Source: Hydrogenophilales bacterium 16-64-40 (GTDB lineage: Bacteria > Pseudomonadota > Gammaproteobacteria > Burkholderiales > Thiobacillaceae). Taken from it: a stretch of DNA of 64,000 nt. Positions within the stretch are counted from its first letter, which is position 1; the number at the start of each line of letters is the position of its first letter. A model generated the notes under the pieces. The model saw only the letters and a program-made list of their open reading frames with translations, was not told where the DNA came from and did no database searches. Positions 19,439-28,794 of this stretch are shown here, in pieces. The position numbers and the translations under genes were made by a program. Where the stretch lies: NCBI GenBank assembly GCA_002256995.1, contig NCGX01000008.1:6441-70440 (forward strand), given 5' to 3'.

Positions 19439-19927
19439 TCAGGCGGATGGATCGCGCGGCTGTTTGAGTTTTTCGGCGATGGCGTCGCGCACGATTTCGC
19501 GCACGTTGACGTCGAGCTGGGAGAGCAGGGTGGCCACCGTCTGGTCGAGGTTCTTGCGCAGCTCGGCCGCGACCTGTTTTTCCATCACTTCGGACAGGCG
19601 GGGCGCGAGTTCGCTCATCAGCTGCTCGGCCAGGGTGTCATTCACGGTGGCGTCGTTCACGATGGTCGAGGGTTCGGGCGGCACTTCCGCGGCGGCCGCC
19701 GGCGGCGGGGACGCGGGTTCGACGGCCGGCAACGGAGCGGACGGCGGCGTGCCGCGCTCGATCACGCTGGTCAGCACCGGCAGCCAGGCGTCGGGGGGAG
19801 GCGCTTGCACGCGTGCGGGTGGTGCATCGCGCTCGCCCTCGCTGGCGCCACGATGCTTTTTCAGCAGCGCGTCCATTTTGCTCAACAGCGGGCTGTCGCT
19901 CATTGGTCTGTCATCTTGGTCTGTCAT
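19439..19927 (-). CDS. Hypothetical protein between holC and valS (DUF2486-like, PopZ-like architecture)
   Basis: Short N-terminal helix, Pro/Ala/Glu-rich linker, amphipathic C-terminal helices. The start is at 19927 (ATGA overlap with the holC stop) or at 19903. Confidence 0.7.
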   Translation of the reverse strand: MTDQDDRPMSDSPLLSKMDALLKKHRGASEGERDAPPARVQAPPPDAWLPVLTSVIERGTPPSAPLPAVEPASPPPAAAAEVPPEPSTIVNDATVNDTLAEQLMSELAPRLSEVMEKQVAAELRKNLDQTVATLLSQLDVNVREIVRDAIAEKLKQPRDPSA

Positions 19928-19928
19928 C
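19903..19928. repeat. Perfect 13-bp tandem duplication TTGGTCTGTCATC x2
   Basis: Read directly at 19903-19915 and 19916-19928. Confidence 0.9.
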
Positions 19929-20352
19929 CGGCGGGTTGGCGCAAGTCGTGCGCGTGCAGCGCATAGCCGCGCGTCTTGTAAAAACGGTAGCGCTCGCGTC
20001 CCTGTTCGATCCCCGCTTCGTCCTGGCCGATGATTTCGACCAGCCGCTCGAAGCGGGCGAAGGCGGGCGGCTGCTCGTGATACAGGTTGATCATCACGTC
20101 GGCACGGCGCAGGGCGTCGGCGCGGGTGCCGATCAGCACCGGCGTTTCGCCGGCCAGCGCGTCGCTGTCGCGGCAGTGCGGCACGAAGCCCGTCGCCGGC
20201 ACGGTCCACAACAGGCGGTCGATGGCGTCTGCGGTGGCGGCATCCGGCGCGTAGATCATCACCTGCTTGCCCTGGCCGTGTGCCTTGGCGGCCACGCGGC
20301 GAGCGACGTCGAGCGGGTCGTCGGCATGGGTGTAGAAGGTGATTTCGGTCAC
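19924..20352 (-). CDS. holC: DNA polymerase III subunit chi
   Basis: ITFY, IDRLLW..FVPH, FERLVEII and RERYRFYKTRGY; pepA-holC-valS synteny. Confidence 0.93.
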   Translation of the reverse strand: MTEITFYTHADDPLDVARRVAAKAHGQGKQVMIYAPDAATADAIDRLLWTVPATGFVPHCRDSDALAGETPVLIGTRADALRRADVMINLYHEQPPAFARFERLVEIIGQDEAGIEQGRERYRFYKTRGYALHAHDLRQPAG

Positions 20353-20359
20353 GGCGGAC

Positions 20360-21874
20360 TTACTTCTCGGCGCGGTTCAGCAGGAAATGCACCAGCAGCG
20401 ACACCGGACGCCCGGTCGAGCCTTTGTTCTCGCGACCGCCCTTCCAGGCGGTGCCGGCGATGTCGAGGTGCGCCCAGTGGTATTTCTTGGCGAAGCGCGA
20501 CAGGAAGCAGGCTGCGGTGACCGACCCGGCCGGGCGGCCGCCGATGTTGGCCATGTCGGCGAGGCTGCTTTTCAGCTGGTCTTGGTAGTCGTCCCATAAG
20601 GGCATGCGCCAGACGCGGTCCCACGCGTGGTCGGCGGCGTGCTCGATCTCGCGCGCCAGCGGGTCGTGGTTGCTATAGAGCGCGCTGGGGTGGGCGCCGA
20701 GCGCGATCACGCAGGCGCCGGTGAGCGTCGCCAGGTCGACCACGGCGTCGGGCTCGAAGCGCTCGGCGTAAGTCAGCGCGTCGCACAGGATGAGGCGGCC
20801 TTCGGCATCGGTGTTGAGGATTTCGATGGTCTGGCCGGACATCGAGGTGACGATATCGCCCGGCTTGTTGGCGTTCGCGTCCGGCATGTTCTCGCAGGCC
20901 GGGATGAGGCCGACGACGTTGAGCGCCAGGCCCAGTTCGCCGATGGCGCGGAAGGCGCCGATCACTGCGCCGCCGCCGCTCATGTCGTAGTTCATCTCGT
21001 CCATCTCGCCTGCCGGCTTGAGTGAGATGCCGCCAGCGTCGAAGGTGACCGCCTTGCCGACCAGCACCACCGGCTTGTCGCCTTTTTTGCCGCCGTCGTG
21101 CTTCAGCACGATGAAGCGCGGCGGCTTGTCGCTGCCCTTGCCGACTGACAGGAAGGAGCCCATGCCGAGCTTGTCGCAGGCGGCGTAATCGAGGATCTCG
21201 CAGCCGAAGCCGTGGGCTTTCGCTACTTTTTTCGCCTCGCCGGCGAGGTATTCGGGAGTGCAGATGTTGGACGGCGTGTTGCCCAGGTCCTTGGCCAGGT
21301 TGATGCCACGGGCGATGGCCAGCCCGCGCGCGAGGCCTGCGTCACCGAACTTCAGTTCGCCGCGCCGCGACACCGCGAAGGTGATGCGCTTCAGCGGGCG
21401 GCGGGCCTCTTCCGGCTTGCTCTTCATGCGGTCGAAACGGTACAGCGCATCGTGCGCGCTGATCACCGCCTGCTCGATGTTCCAGGTGACGTCGCGCTTT
21501 TTCACCGGGATTTCGGAAAGTGTAATGGCCGCTTCCATCGAGCCGGTGTCGCGCAGGGTCTTGACGGCGCAGGCGATGGCGTCGCGGTAGGCCTTTTCGT
21601 GGAAGTCGCGCTCCTTGCCGAGGCCGACCAGCAGCACGCGGTCGGCCAGGATGTTGGGCACCTTGTGCAGCAGCAGTACGTTGCCGGCCTTGCCTTCCAT
21701 GTCGCCGCCGCGCAGGATCTCTGACAGGTAGCCGTCGCTGGCGCGGTCGATGTCGATGGCCGGGCCCGACAGCTTGCGGCTCTCGAACACGCCGACCACC
21801 ACGCAGGCGCCGCGCTGCTTTTCGGGCGCGCCGCTTTTTATGCTAAATTCGAGTTCGATTTCCTTGTTTTCCAT
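20360..21874 (-). CDS. pepA: Leucyl aminopeptidase (M17)
   Basis: VGKAVTFDAGGISLKP, NTDAEGRL, DLATLTGAC and WAHLDIAG. Confidence 0.97.
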   Translation of the reverse strand: MENKEIELEFSIKSGAPEKQRGACVVVGVFESRKLSGPAIDIDRASDGYLSEILRGGDMEGKAGNVLLLHKVPNILADRVLLVGLGKERDFHEKAYRDAIACAVKTLRDTGSMEAAITLSEIPVKKRDVTWNIEQAVISAHDALYRFDRMKSKPEEARRPLKRITFAVSRRGELKFGDAGLARGLAIARGINLAKDLGNTPSNICTPEYLAGEAKKVAKAHGFGCEILDYAACDKLGMGSFLSVGKGSDKPPRFIVLKHDGGKKGDKPVVLVGKAVTFDAGGISLKPAGEMDEMNYDMSGGGAVIGAFRAIGELGLALNVVGLIPACENMPDANANKPGDIVTSMSGQTIEILNTDAEGRLILCDALTYAERFEPDAVVDLATLTGACVIALGAHPSALYSNHDPLAREIEHAADHAWDRVWRMPLWDDYQDQLKSSLADMANIGGRPAGSVTAACFLSRFAKKYHWAHLDIAGTAWKGGRENKGSTGRPVSLLVHFLLNRAEK

Positions 21875-22005
21875 GTCTGTGCTCAAAAAAATGCAATTTG
21901 CCGATGTGAAGATGATCGGCGTTGCCGATGCGGCGATTATTGGCGCAGGCGCGGTTGATTGTCAAAACGCCCGCGCATCCCGCGCATGCCGCCCCAGCTG
22001 ACCCC

Positions 22006-23082
22006 ATGCTATACCGCCGCTCGCTGACCCGTGAGATGGGCCTCACCACCGGCGCCGTGCTCACGGTGCTGGTGGCGATTTCGCTGGTGGTGCTGTTCAT
22101 CCGCCTGCTCGGCGACGTGGCGCGCGGCGAACTCGCCAACGAGGCGGTATTCGTCTTCCTCGGCTTTTCGCTGCTGTATTTTTTGCCGGTGTTGATGACG
22201 ATCGCCTTGTTTGCCGGCGTGCTGCTGCCTTTGTCGCGCATGTGGCGCGATAGCGAAATGGTGATCTGGTTCAACGCCGGCCTGTCGCTGATGCAATGGA
22301 TGCGGCCGGTGCTGACTTTCGCGGTGCCGTTTTCGCTGGTGATCCTGTTGCTGACGCTGGTGCTCAATCCATGGGTGCAAACCAAGAGAAGCGAATACAG
22401 CCAGGAGTTGAAGAGCCGCAGCGAAAGCGCGCTGGTCGCCCCGGGCCTGTTTGCCGAGTCCGGCGCCGGCCAGCGCGTTTTTTACGTCGAATCGCTCAAT
22501 CCGCTGACCGGCATCGTGCGCAACGTGTTCATGCGGTCGATGATCGACGGCCAGCTCGGGCTGGTGGCCGCGCGCGAGGGCGACCATACCCAGCTGCCCG
22601 ATGGCTCGCGTTACCTGGTGTTCAAGGACGGGCGCCGTTACGAAGGCACGCCGGGCCAGCTCGACTACCGCATCGTGCAGTTCGAGCGTTACTGGATGCG
22701 GCTCGATCCGGTCGCAGCAGAGAGACAGGTCAACATTCGCCAGATGTCCTTGGCGGAATTACTGACTGATACCACGCCGCCGGCGCGTGCCGAGCTGTTA
22801 TGGCGTGTGGGGGTGCCGATCTCGGCGCTGATCCTCGCCGTCATGGCAATCCCGCTCAGCTTCGTCAACACGCGGGCGCGCCGCTCCTACGGGCTGGTCG
22901 TCGCGCTGCTACTGTATTTCGTCTACAACAACCTGCTGTCGCTGTCGCAGGCCTGGGTGGCGCAGGACAAGCTGAACCCCTGGATCGGGATGGGGGCGTC
23001 GCACCTGCTGATGCTGTCCGCCGTGGTCATTCTGTTTTACCGGCGCTCGCGCCAGCATTCCCCGCGCCGGAGGCGGCCATGA
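22006..23082 (+). CDS. lptF: LPS export permease LptF
   Basis: DSEMVIWFNAGLS, G.RYEG and ELLWRVGVP; divergent from pepA. Confidence 0.92.
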   Translation: MLYRRSLTREMGLTTGAVLTVLVAISLVVLFIRLLGDVARGELANEAVFVFLGFSLLYFLPVLMTIALFAGVLLPLSRMWRDSEMVIWFNAGLSLMQWMRPVLTFAVPFSLVILLLTLVLNPWVQTKRSEYSQELKSRSESALVAPGLFAESGAGQRVFYVESLNPLTGIVRNVFMRSMIDGQLGLVAAREGDHTQLPDGSRYLVFKDGRRYEGTPGQLDYRIVQFERYWMRLDPVAAERQVNIRQMSLAELLTDTTPPARAELLWRVGVPISALILAVMAIPLSFVNTRARRSYGLVVALLLYFVYNNLLSLSQAWVAQDKLNPWIGMGASHLLMLSAVVILFYRRSRQHSPRRRRP

Positions 23083-24155
23083 GCCTGCTGGCGCGCTATC
23101 TGGCGGGGCAGGTGCTGGCGGCGTCGGGATTCGTCCTGCTGGCGCTGCTGGTGCTGTTTGCGTTTTTCGACGTGATGAAGGAGCTCGGCAGCCTGGGCCG
23201 CAACGACTATGCGCTCGGACAGGCAGCCGTGGTGGTGCTGCTCGGCCTGCCCGGACATCTGTACGAAATCCTGCCGGTGGCGGCGCTGATCGGCACGCTG
23301 TTCGCGCTGTCGCGTCTGGTGGGCAACTCGGAATACGCGGTGATGCGCGTATCGGGCCTGTCCAACTGGCGGGTGGGCGGGTATTTCGCAGTCATCGGGA
23401 CGCTGCTGTCGCTGCTGGTGCTGGTGTTCGGCGAATATGTGGCGCCATGGTCGGAACAGGCGGCGCAGCGTTACAAGCTGTCGGCCACCCGGTCGGTGGT
23501 CGCGCAGCAATTCCGCTCCGGGCTGTGGGTCAAGGACGGCAGCACCTTCATCAACGTGCGCGAAGTGATGCCCGACAATACGCTGCGCGGCATCGAGATT
23601 TACGGCTTCGACGCCGATGGCGAGCTGGGCTGGATCCGCGCCGCCGAGCAGGCGCATTGGCGCGGCAACCAGCGCGCGTGGGATCTGCAGCAGGTGGTGG
23701 AAACGCGGTTCGGCGCGGACGGCATCCGCGCCGAGCGCAGCGCACGTCAGGACTGGCAGTCGGTGCTCACGCCCGACATTCTCGGCGTGCTGCTGGTCGC
23801 ACCGGAGAAAATGTCGGCGCGCACGCTCTGGCGCTACATCGCGCACCTCAAGGAAAACAGCCAGAACGCGACGCGCTACGAGCTCGCGCTGTGGTCGAAA
23901 TTCATCAGCCCCTTCGTCATCCCGATCATGATGCTGATCGCGATGCCGTTCGCCATCCGGGGGCCGCGCGCAGGCGGCACCAGCGGCATGATTTTCCTCG
24001 GCATTCTGGCAGGTCTCGGATTCCATCTGTTGAGCCGGCTGCTTGGCCACCTGGGCCTGCTGAACAACTGGCCGGCGCCGCTGGTGTCGACCCTGCCGCT
24101 GCTGCTTTTTCTGGGCATCGCGCTGGCGGGCATCCGCTGGGTGGACCGGCGCTGA
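23079..24155 (+). CDS. lptG: LPS export permease LptG
   Basis: NSEYAVMRVSGLS, GLWVKDG and MMLIAMPFA; ATGA overlap with lptF. Confidence 0.92.
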   Translation: MSLLARYLAGQVLAASGFVLLALLVLFAFFDVMKELGSLGRNDYALGQAAVVVLLGLPGHLYEILPVAALIGTLFALSRLVGNSEYAVMRVSGLSNWRVGGYFAVIGTLLSLLVLVFGEYVAPWSEQAAQRYKLSATRSVVAQQFRSGLWVKDGSTFINVREVMPDNTLRGIEIYGFDADGELGWIRAAEQAHWRGNQRAWDLQQVVETRFGADGIRAERSARQDWQSVLTPDILGVLLVAPEKMSARTLWRYIAHLKENSQNATRYELALWSKFISPFVIPIMMLIAMPFAIRGPRAGGTSGMIFLGILAGLGFHLLSRLLGHLGLLNNWPAPLVSTLPLLLFLGIALAGIRWVDRR

Positions 24156-24946
24156 GCCGGCTGCCGCAGCGGCTGGCCGCGTGTGTGTGCGCCAGCGAGC
24201 CGGCGGCCAAGGTGGCCTGCGTGCATGCGCTGCAGGCGGACTGGCTGGCCGGCGCGGTCGATCCCGCCAGCGAGGCTGCGCGCAAGCCGATCGACCAGCC
24301 GGGCCAGCCGCCAAAACCCGAACGGGTTCCGCCGCAAAAGGTTCCGCGCCGCCGCGCCGACACGCTGCCCGGCCGCGCCGCGCTCATTCATGCCCTGGCG
24401 CATATCGAATTCAACGCGATCAACCTGGCGCTCGACGCCGCCCACCGCTTTGCCGGCATGCCGGTGGCGTACTACGCCGACTGGCTCAAGGTGGCCGACG
24501 AGGAAGCGCTGCATTTCGATTTGCTGAACACGCACCTGGCGACGCTGGGTTATGCCTACGGCGACTTTCCCGCCCACAACGGACTGTGGGACATGGCGCT
24601 GAAAACCGCGCACGACCCGCTGGTGCGCATGGCGCTGGTGCCGCGCGTGCTGGAAGCGCGCGGGCTCGATGCCACCCCGCTGATCGTCGACAAGCTCCGG
24701 GCGGCGAACGACCTCGCCATGGTCGAGATTCTCGCCGTCATCGAACGCGACGAGATCGGCCACGTCGCCATCGGCAGCCACTGGTTCGGCTGGCTGTGCG
24801 CGGCGCGCGGACTCGAACCCGAGACGACGTTCCGGCAGTTGCTGGTCGACTACGATGCGCCGCCGCTGAAGCCGCCGTTCAATCTGGCGGCGCGCCGGGC
24901 TGCGGGCTTCAGCGAGTCCGAGCTGGACTGGCTGAGCAAACTTTAA
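24152..24946 (+). CDS. Ferritin-like DUF455 protein
   Basis: LIHALAHIEFNAINLALD, DEALHF, VPRVLEARGLD, RDEIGHVAIG and PPFN..AR..AGF. Probable CTG start overlapping the lptG stop. Confidence 0.88.
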   Translation: MSRLPQRLAACVCASEPAAKVACVHALQADWLAGAVDPASEAARKPIDQPGQPPKPERVPPQKVPRRRADTLPGRAALIHALAHIEFNAINLALDAAHRFAGMPVAYYADWLKVADEEALHFDLLNTHLATLGYAYGDFPAHNGLWDMALKTAHDPLVRMALVPRVLEARGLDATPLIVDKLRAANDLAMVEILAVIERDEIGHVAIGSHWFGWLCAARGLEPETTFRQLLVDYDAPPLKPPFNLAARRAAGFSESELDWLSKL

Positions 24947-24948
24947 AC

Positions 24949-25116
24949 CTAGTGTCGTGAATCAGAAATATCGAAACATAAAACGGCGTCTTTTTCCGCA
25001 TGGTGGCGTTGCTCGTCGTTGCCATAGACCGAACTATGTCGCCTCCTCGCGCCTTGCCCTGCGAAAAAAATCCATCCGTTTTACTTTGTTCCCCTATTTC
25101 TGATTCACGCCACTAG
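24949..25116. mobile_element. MITE-like element, 168 bp, with 22-bp terminal inverted repeats beginning CTAG
   Basis: The left end CTAGTGTCGTGAATCAGAAATA matches the reverse complement of the right end, CTAGTGGCGTGAATCAGAAATA, at 21/22 positions. No ORF; the interior is also partly self-complementary. Confidence 0.75.
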
Positions 25117-25583
25117 AGGCCCAGCGTCGACGCCGACACCCCTGCCGGCGAACGCTGCCACATGCCCTCGAAACGCTGATTCAGCAACACGGCATCGCGT
25201 GCGTCGTCCAGATGGAGCGTGCCGAGCGCTGCGGCCTTGTCGGCGCGCAGCAGCACGCCGTGGCGGTCGGCCAGCGCGAACGCCTGATCAGGACGTGGCG
25301 TGTCGGGGTCGGCCTGGCGGATTTCGAGGACGTGGCCGAAGTCGCGCACCAGCTGCATCAGGCACGAGTGCGCGCGCGCCACGCGGCTGATGTCGTCGAG
25401 CAGCAGCTCGATGCGGCCCCCGCCCCCCGCCACGCACAGCGCGCGCAGGGCCGCGTGGCGCGGCGCGTGGTCGATTTCCAGCAGGCTCAGATCATGGTCG
25501 TACACACGCAGCTGGCGATGGGTGCCGGCCAGCAGCGCGTCGAAGGCGTCACGGAATTCGGCGGGGGTTTCAAAGCGATTCAT
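25113..25583 (-). CDS. Conserved hypothetical protein downstream of roxA
   Basis: 156-aa ORF starting MNRFETP with ATGA-type overlap to roxA. Its TAG stop coincides with the MITE's CTAG. Confidence 0.65.
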   Translation of the reverse strand: MNRFETPAEFRDAFDALLAGTHRQLRVYDHDLSLLEIDHAPRHAALRALCVAGGGGRIELLLDDISRVARAHSCLMQLVRDFGHVLEIRQADPDTPRPDQAFALADRHGVLLRADKAAALGTLHLDDARDAVLLNQRFEGMWQRSPAGVSASTLGL

Positions 25584-26698
25584 GGCGCGTCGATCTCCAG
25601 CCAGCCCGCTTCGTACCAGTCGTACAAGCGCTCGCGCAGCGTTGCGGGCAGCGGCGGGGCGAGGCGGCGCTGGTCGGCGAGTTGCTTTAACGCGGCAGTT
25701 TCGTCCGCCGCAGGCGTGAACGCCTCGCCGTTGATGAAAAAGCGCCCGCCCGCAAACAGCAGGCGCGATTTCGGGTCGAGCGCGACGCCGTGCCTGCTGG
25801 CCTGCTTGTGGAAGGCGGCACGCGTGAGCGGCGCGTCCGGCGTGTTGAAAAACACATTCGGCTTGGGCTCGGACAAGTAGCGCCCGGCAAACTCGGCGAT
25901 GTCGCGGCGGCCCCATTTGATGCTGGCGATCATGCCTTCGATCTGCGCCAGCATCGCCCGGCTGATTTCACCCGGATGGGTTTGCAGGCGCAAATCGGGA
26001 TCGGCGTAGCGGCCTTCTGGTTTGAGCGTGTCCTGCAGGTGCATCAGGAAGCCATGCGCCAGCTCTTCGGTGGTGGGCGCGCGAAAGCCGATCGAATAGG
26101 TCGTGCAGGCGTCTTCGGCGACGCCGTAATGTGCGACATGCGGCGGCAGGTAGAGCATGTCGCCGGGGCCGAGCAGCCATTCCTCTTCCGCCTTAAAGCG
26201 GCGCAGGATCTTCAGCGGCTCGTCGTCCAGGATCGTCAGATCGGTTTGCGTGCTGATCTGCCAGCGCCGGTGCCCCTGGCCCTGCAGCAGGAAGACGTCG
26301 TAGGAATCGAAATGCGGGCCCACGCTGCCGCCCGGCACGGCGTAGCTCACCATCAGATCGTCGAGCCGGGCGTGCGGGATGAAGTCAAAGCGCGCCAGCA
26401 GCGCATCGGCTTCGGGCAGGATGTGGTTGAGCGATTGCACCAGCAGCGTCCATTCGGTTTTCGGCAGACGCTTGAAGTCGCTGCGCTTGAACGGGCCGTG
26501 GTCGAGTTGCCAGTGCGTGCCGCTGCCCTGGATCAGCCGCGACTCGACATCCTCGCGGCAGGCCAGCTGCTGCATCTCGCCGGGCGAGAGCAGGCCGGTG
26601 AAGCCCGGCACGGCGTTGCGGATCAGCAGCGGGCGCTTGTGCCAGACATCGCGCAGGAAACGGGCGGGACTCAAGCCGCCAAGCAGGGTGGTTGTCAT
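25580..26698 (-). CDS. roxA: JmjC/cupin ribosomal protein L16 Arg hydroxylase (RoxA/YcfD)
   Basis: WHKRPLLIR, WTLLVQ, RLDDLMVSYA..GGSVGPHFDSYDVFLLQ and PGDMLYLPP..AHYG. Confidence 0.92.
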   Translation of the reverse strand: MTTTLLGGLSPARFLRDVWHKRPLLIRNAVPGFTGLLSPGEMQQLACREDVESRLIQGSGTHWQLDHGPFKRSDFKRLPKTEWTLLVQSLNHILPEADALLARFDFIPHARLDDLMVSYAVPGGSVGPHFDSYDVFLLQGQGHRRWQISTQTDLTILDDEPLKILRRFKAEEEWLLGPGDMLYLPPHVAHYGVAEDACTTYSIGFRAPTTEELAHGFLMHLQDTLKPEGRYADPDLRLQTHPGEISRAMLAQIEGMIASIKWGRRDIAEFAGRYLSEPKPNVFFNTPDAPLTRAAFHKQASRHGVALDPKSRLLFAGGRFFINGEAFTPAADETAALKQLADQRRLAPPLPATLRERLYDWYEAGWLEIDAP

Positions 26699-26770
26699 GA
26701 AATAATTATAACGATATGGGCGGGCGCGCCCTGTTAAAATGCTGCCGGAAAATAGAGGGTAGCGTTCATC

Positions 26771-27250
26771 ATGTTGAAAGCGGGAGATCGCGCGCCGGGT
26801 TTTTCCAACCCCGATGCCGACATGGCACTCGTCGAGTTGCCCCAGTTTCGGGGAAAATTCCTGGTGCTGTTTTTTTATGTGCGCGACGACACGCCCGGCT
26901 GCACCGCCGAGGCGATCGAGTTTTCCGAGTTGGAAAACGATTTCGCCAAGCTGGGCGCCACGGTGCTCGGGGTGTCGCGCGACGACTGCATCAGGCATGG
27001 CGAGTTTCGCGACAAGCACGGCATCAGCGTCCGCCTGCTGGCGGACAAGGAGCACGCGACCAGTGAGGCTTACGGCGTGCTGCAGGACAAGGAAGTGGAC
27101 GGCGTCATGCGCAGAAGTGCGGTGCGCGCCACTTTTATCATCGACAAACAGGGCATCATCCGTCACGCCCTGTACGGCGTTTCCAGTCGCGGCCACGCGG
27201 CGGAAGTGCTTCAACTCGTTGCTTTAATGAATAAAGGGGAACTCAATTGA
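26771..27250 (+). CDS. bcp: Peroxiredoxin BCP/PrxQ
   Basis: DDTPGCTAEA peroxidatic motif, VLGVSRD and RATFIIDKQG. Confidence 0.9.
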   Translation: MLKAGDRAPGFSNPDADMALVELPQFRGKFLVLFFYVRDDTPGCTAEAIEFSELENDFAKLGATVLGVSRDDCIRHGEFRDKHGISVRLLADKEHATSEAYGVLQDKEVDGVMRRSAVRATFIIDKQGIIRHALYGVSSRGHAAEVLQLVALMNKGELN

Positions 27251-27729
27251 ATATCAGCAAAGACACCGTCGTCACCATCACCTACATCGTCCGTGACCTG
27301 GAGGGCAAGCTGCTGGAAGAAAGCGAGGAGCCGGTCAGCTATCTGCACGGCGGTTACGACAATATCTTTCCGATGGTGGAAGAGGCGCTGGAAGGCAAGG
27401 CAGTGGGCGACACGATCGACCTCAAACTGCAGCCGGCCGATGCCTTCGGCGAATATGAAGACGAGCTGGTGCGGCTGGAGCCGCGCGAGGGTTTCCCCGA
27501 TGACATCGAGGTCGGCATGCAGTTCGTCGGCTCGCCGGTCGACGGCAGCGGCGAAATGCTCTACACCGTGACCGACATCGCAGAAGACAAAGTGGTGGTC
27601 GACGGCAACCACCCCTATGCCGGGCAGGCGGTGCATTTCCAGTGCGTGGTCGCCGACGTGCGTGCGGCGACGGCGGACGAGGTCGAGCATCGCCATGCGC
27701 ACGGCGCCCACGGCCACCATCATCATTAA
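27247..27729 (+). CDS. slyD: FKBP-type peptidyl-prolyl isomerase SlyD
   Basis: YLHGG, AFGEY, VDGNHPYAG and a His-rich tail; TTG start. Confidence 0.93.
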   Translation: MNISKDTVVTITYIVRDLEGKLLEESEEPVSYLHGGYDNIFPMVEEALEGKAVGDTIDLKLQPADAFGEYEDELVRLEPREGFPDDIEVGMQFVGSPVDGSGEMLYTVTDIAEDKVVVDGNHPYAGQAVHFQCVVADVRAATADEVEHRHAHGAHGHHHH

Positions 27730-27825
27730 GAAGCGCGCATGGCGCTGACCCGAACGGCAAACTGCGGCGGGCTGTTAAAATGCCCGGCTAACCTGTTTTC
27801 TGTGACAGCTTGATGAAGACCACCG

Positions 27826-28794
27826 ATGAAAACCACCTTCCTCGATTTTGAACAGCCGATCGCCGAGCTTGAAGCCAAGATCGAAGAGCTGCGCTTCGTG
27901 CAGGATGACTCCGCCCTGGACATTTCGGAGGAAATCCGCCGCCTGCAGAAGAAGAGCCAGACCCTGACCCGCGACATCTACGCCAAGCTCAACGCCTGGC
28001 AGGTGTCGCAGGTGGCGCGCCATCCTCAACGGCCCTATACGCTCGATTACGTGCAGGGGCTGTTCACCGATTTTTCCGAACTGCATGGCGATCGCGCCTA
28101 CGCTGACGATCAGGCAATTGTCGGCGGCATGGCGCGCTTCAACGGCGAACCGGTGATGGTGATCGGCCACCAGAAGGGCCGCGACACCAAGGAAAAGATT
28201 GCCCGCAATTTCGGCATGCCGCGTCCCGAGGGCTATCGCAAGGCCTTGCGCCTGATGCGCCTGGCGGAGAAATTCAGGCTGCCGATTTTCACCTTCATCG
28301 ACACGCCGGGCGCCTATCCCGGCATCGGTGCCGAGGAGCGCGGGCAGTCCGAGGCGATTGCACGCAATCTGTATGTGATGGCCGAACTGCAGACGCCGAT
28401 CATCTGCTCTATCGTCGGCGAAGGCGGCTCGGGCGGCGCGCTGGCGATCGGCGTCGGCGACCGGACGATGATCCTGCAATATTCCACCTATTCGGTGATC
28501 TCGCCCGAAGGTTGCGCGTCGATTCTGTGGAAGAGCGCCGACAAGGCCTCTGTCGCCGCCGAGACGCTGGGCATCACTGCCGACCGCCTGAAGGCCAACG
28601 GCCTGGTCGACCGCATCATCGAAGAGCCGCTGGGCGGCGCGCAGCGCGACTGGGACACCATGTTCCAGTCGATGCGCCGTGCGCTCACCGACACCCTGGC
28701 CGAGTTGCGCAAGCCGTCGCTTGACGCCCTGCTGGCTGCGCGTTACCAGCGCCTGCGGGCGTATGGCAGCTTCAAGGAAACCCCTGCCAAATAG
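27826..28794 (+). CDS. accA: Acetyl-CoA carboxylase carboxyltransferase alpha
   Basis: [20 protein letters not shown] and [12 protein letters not shown]. Confidence 0.98.
   Translation: MKTTFLDFEQPIAELEAKIEELRFVQDDSALDISEEIRRLQKKSQTLTRDIYAKLNAWQVSQVARHPQRPYTLDYVQGLFTDFSELHGDRAYADDQAIVGGMARFNGEPVMVIGHQKGRDTKEKIARNFGMPRPEGYRKALRLMRLAEKFRLPIFTFIDTPGAYPGIGAEERGQSEAIARNLYVMAELQTPIICSIVGEGGSGGALAIGVGDRTMILQYSTYSVISPEGCASILWKSADKASVAAETLGITADRLKANGLVDRIIEEPLGGAQRDWDTMFQSMRRALTDTLAELRKPSLDALLAARYQRLRAYGSFKETPAK

Noticed and set aside
16614-20033. 1139-aa ORF on the + strand
   Set aside because: Antisense shadow of valS and its neighbour, expected in high-GC coding DNA; no recognisable motifs.
20985-21000. 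PepA MNYD instead of the usual MKxD
   Set aside because: This position is not a metal or catalytic ligand as far as I recall, and all the core residues are present. It may be a benign variant or a base error.
21970-21987. 9-bp tandem CCCGCGCAT x2 upstream of lptF
   Set aside because: Short and GC-rich, with no evident consequence.
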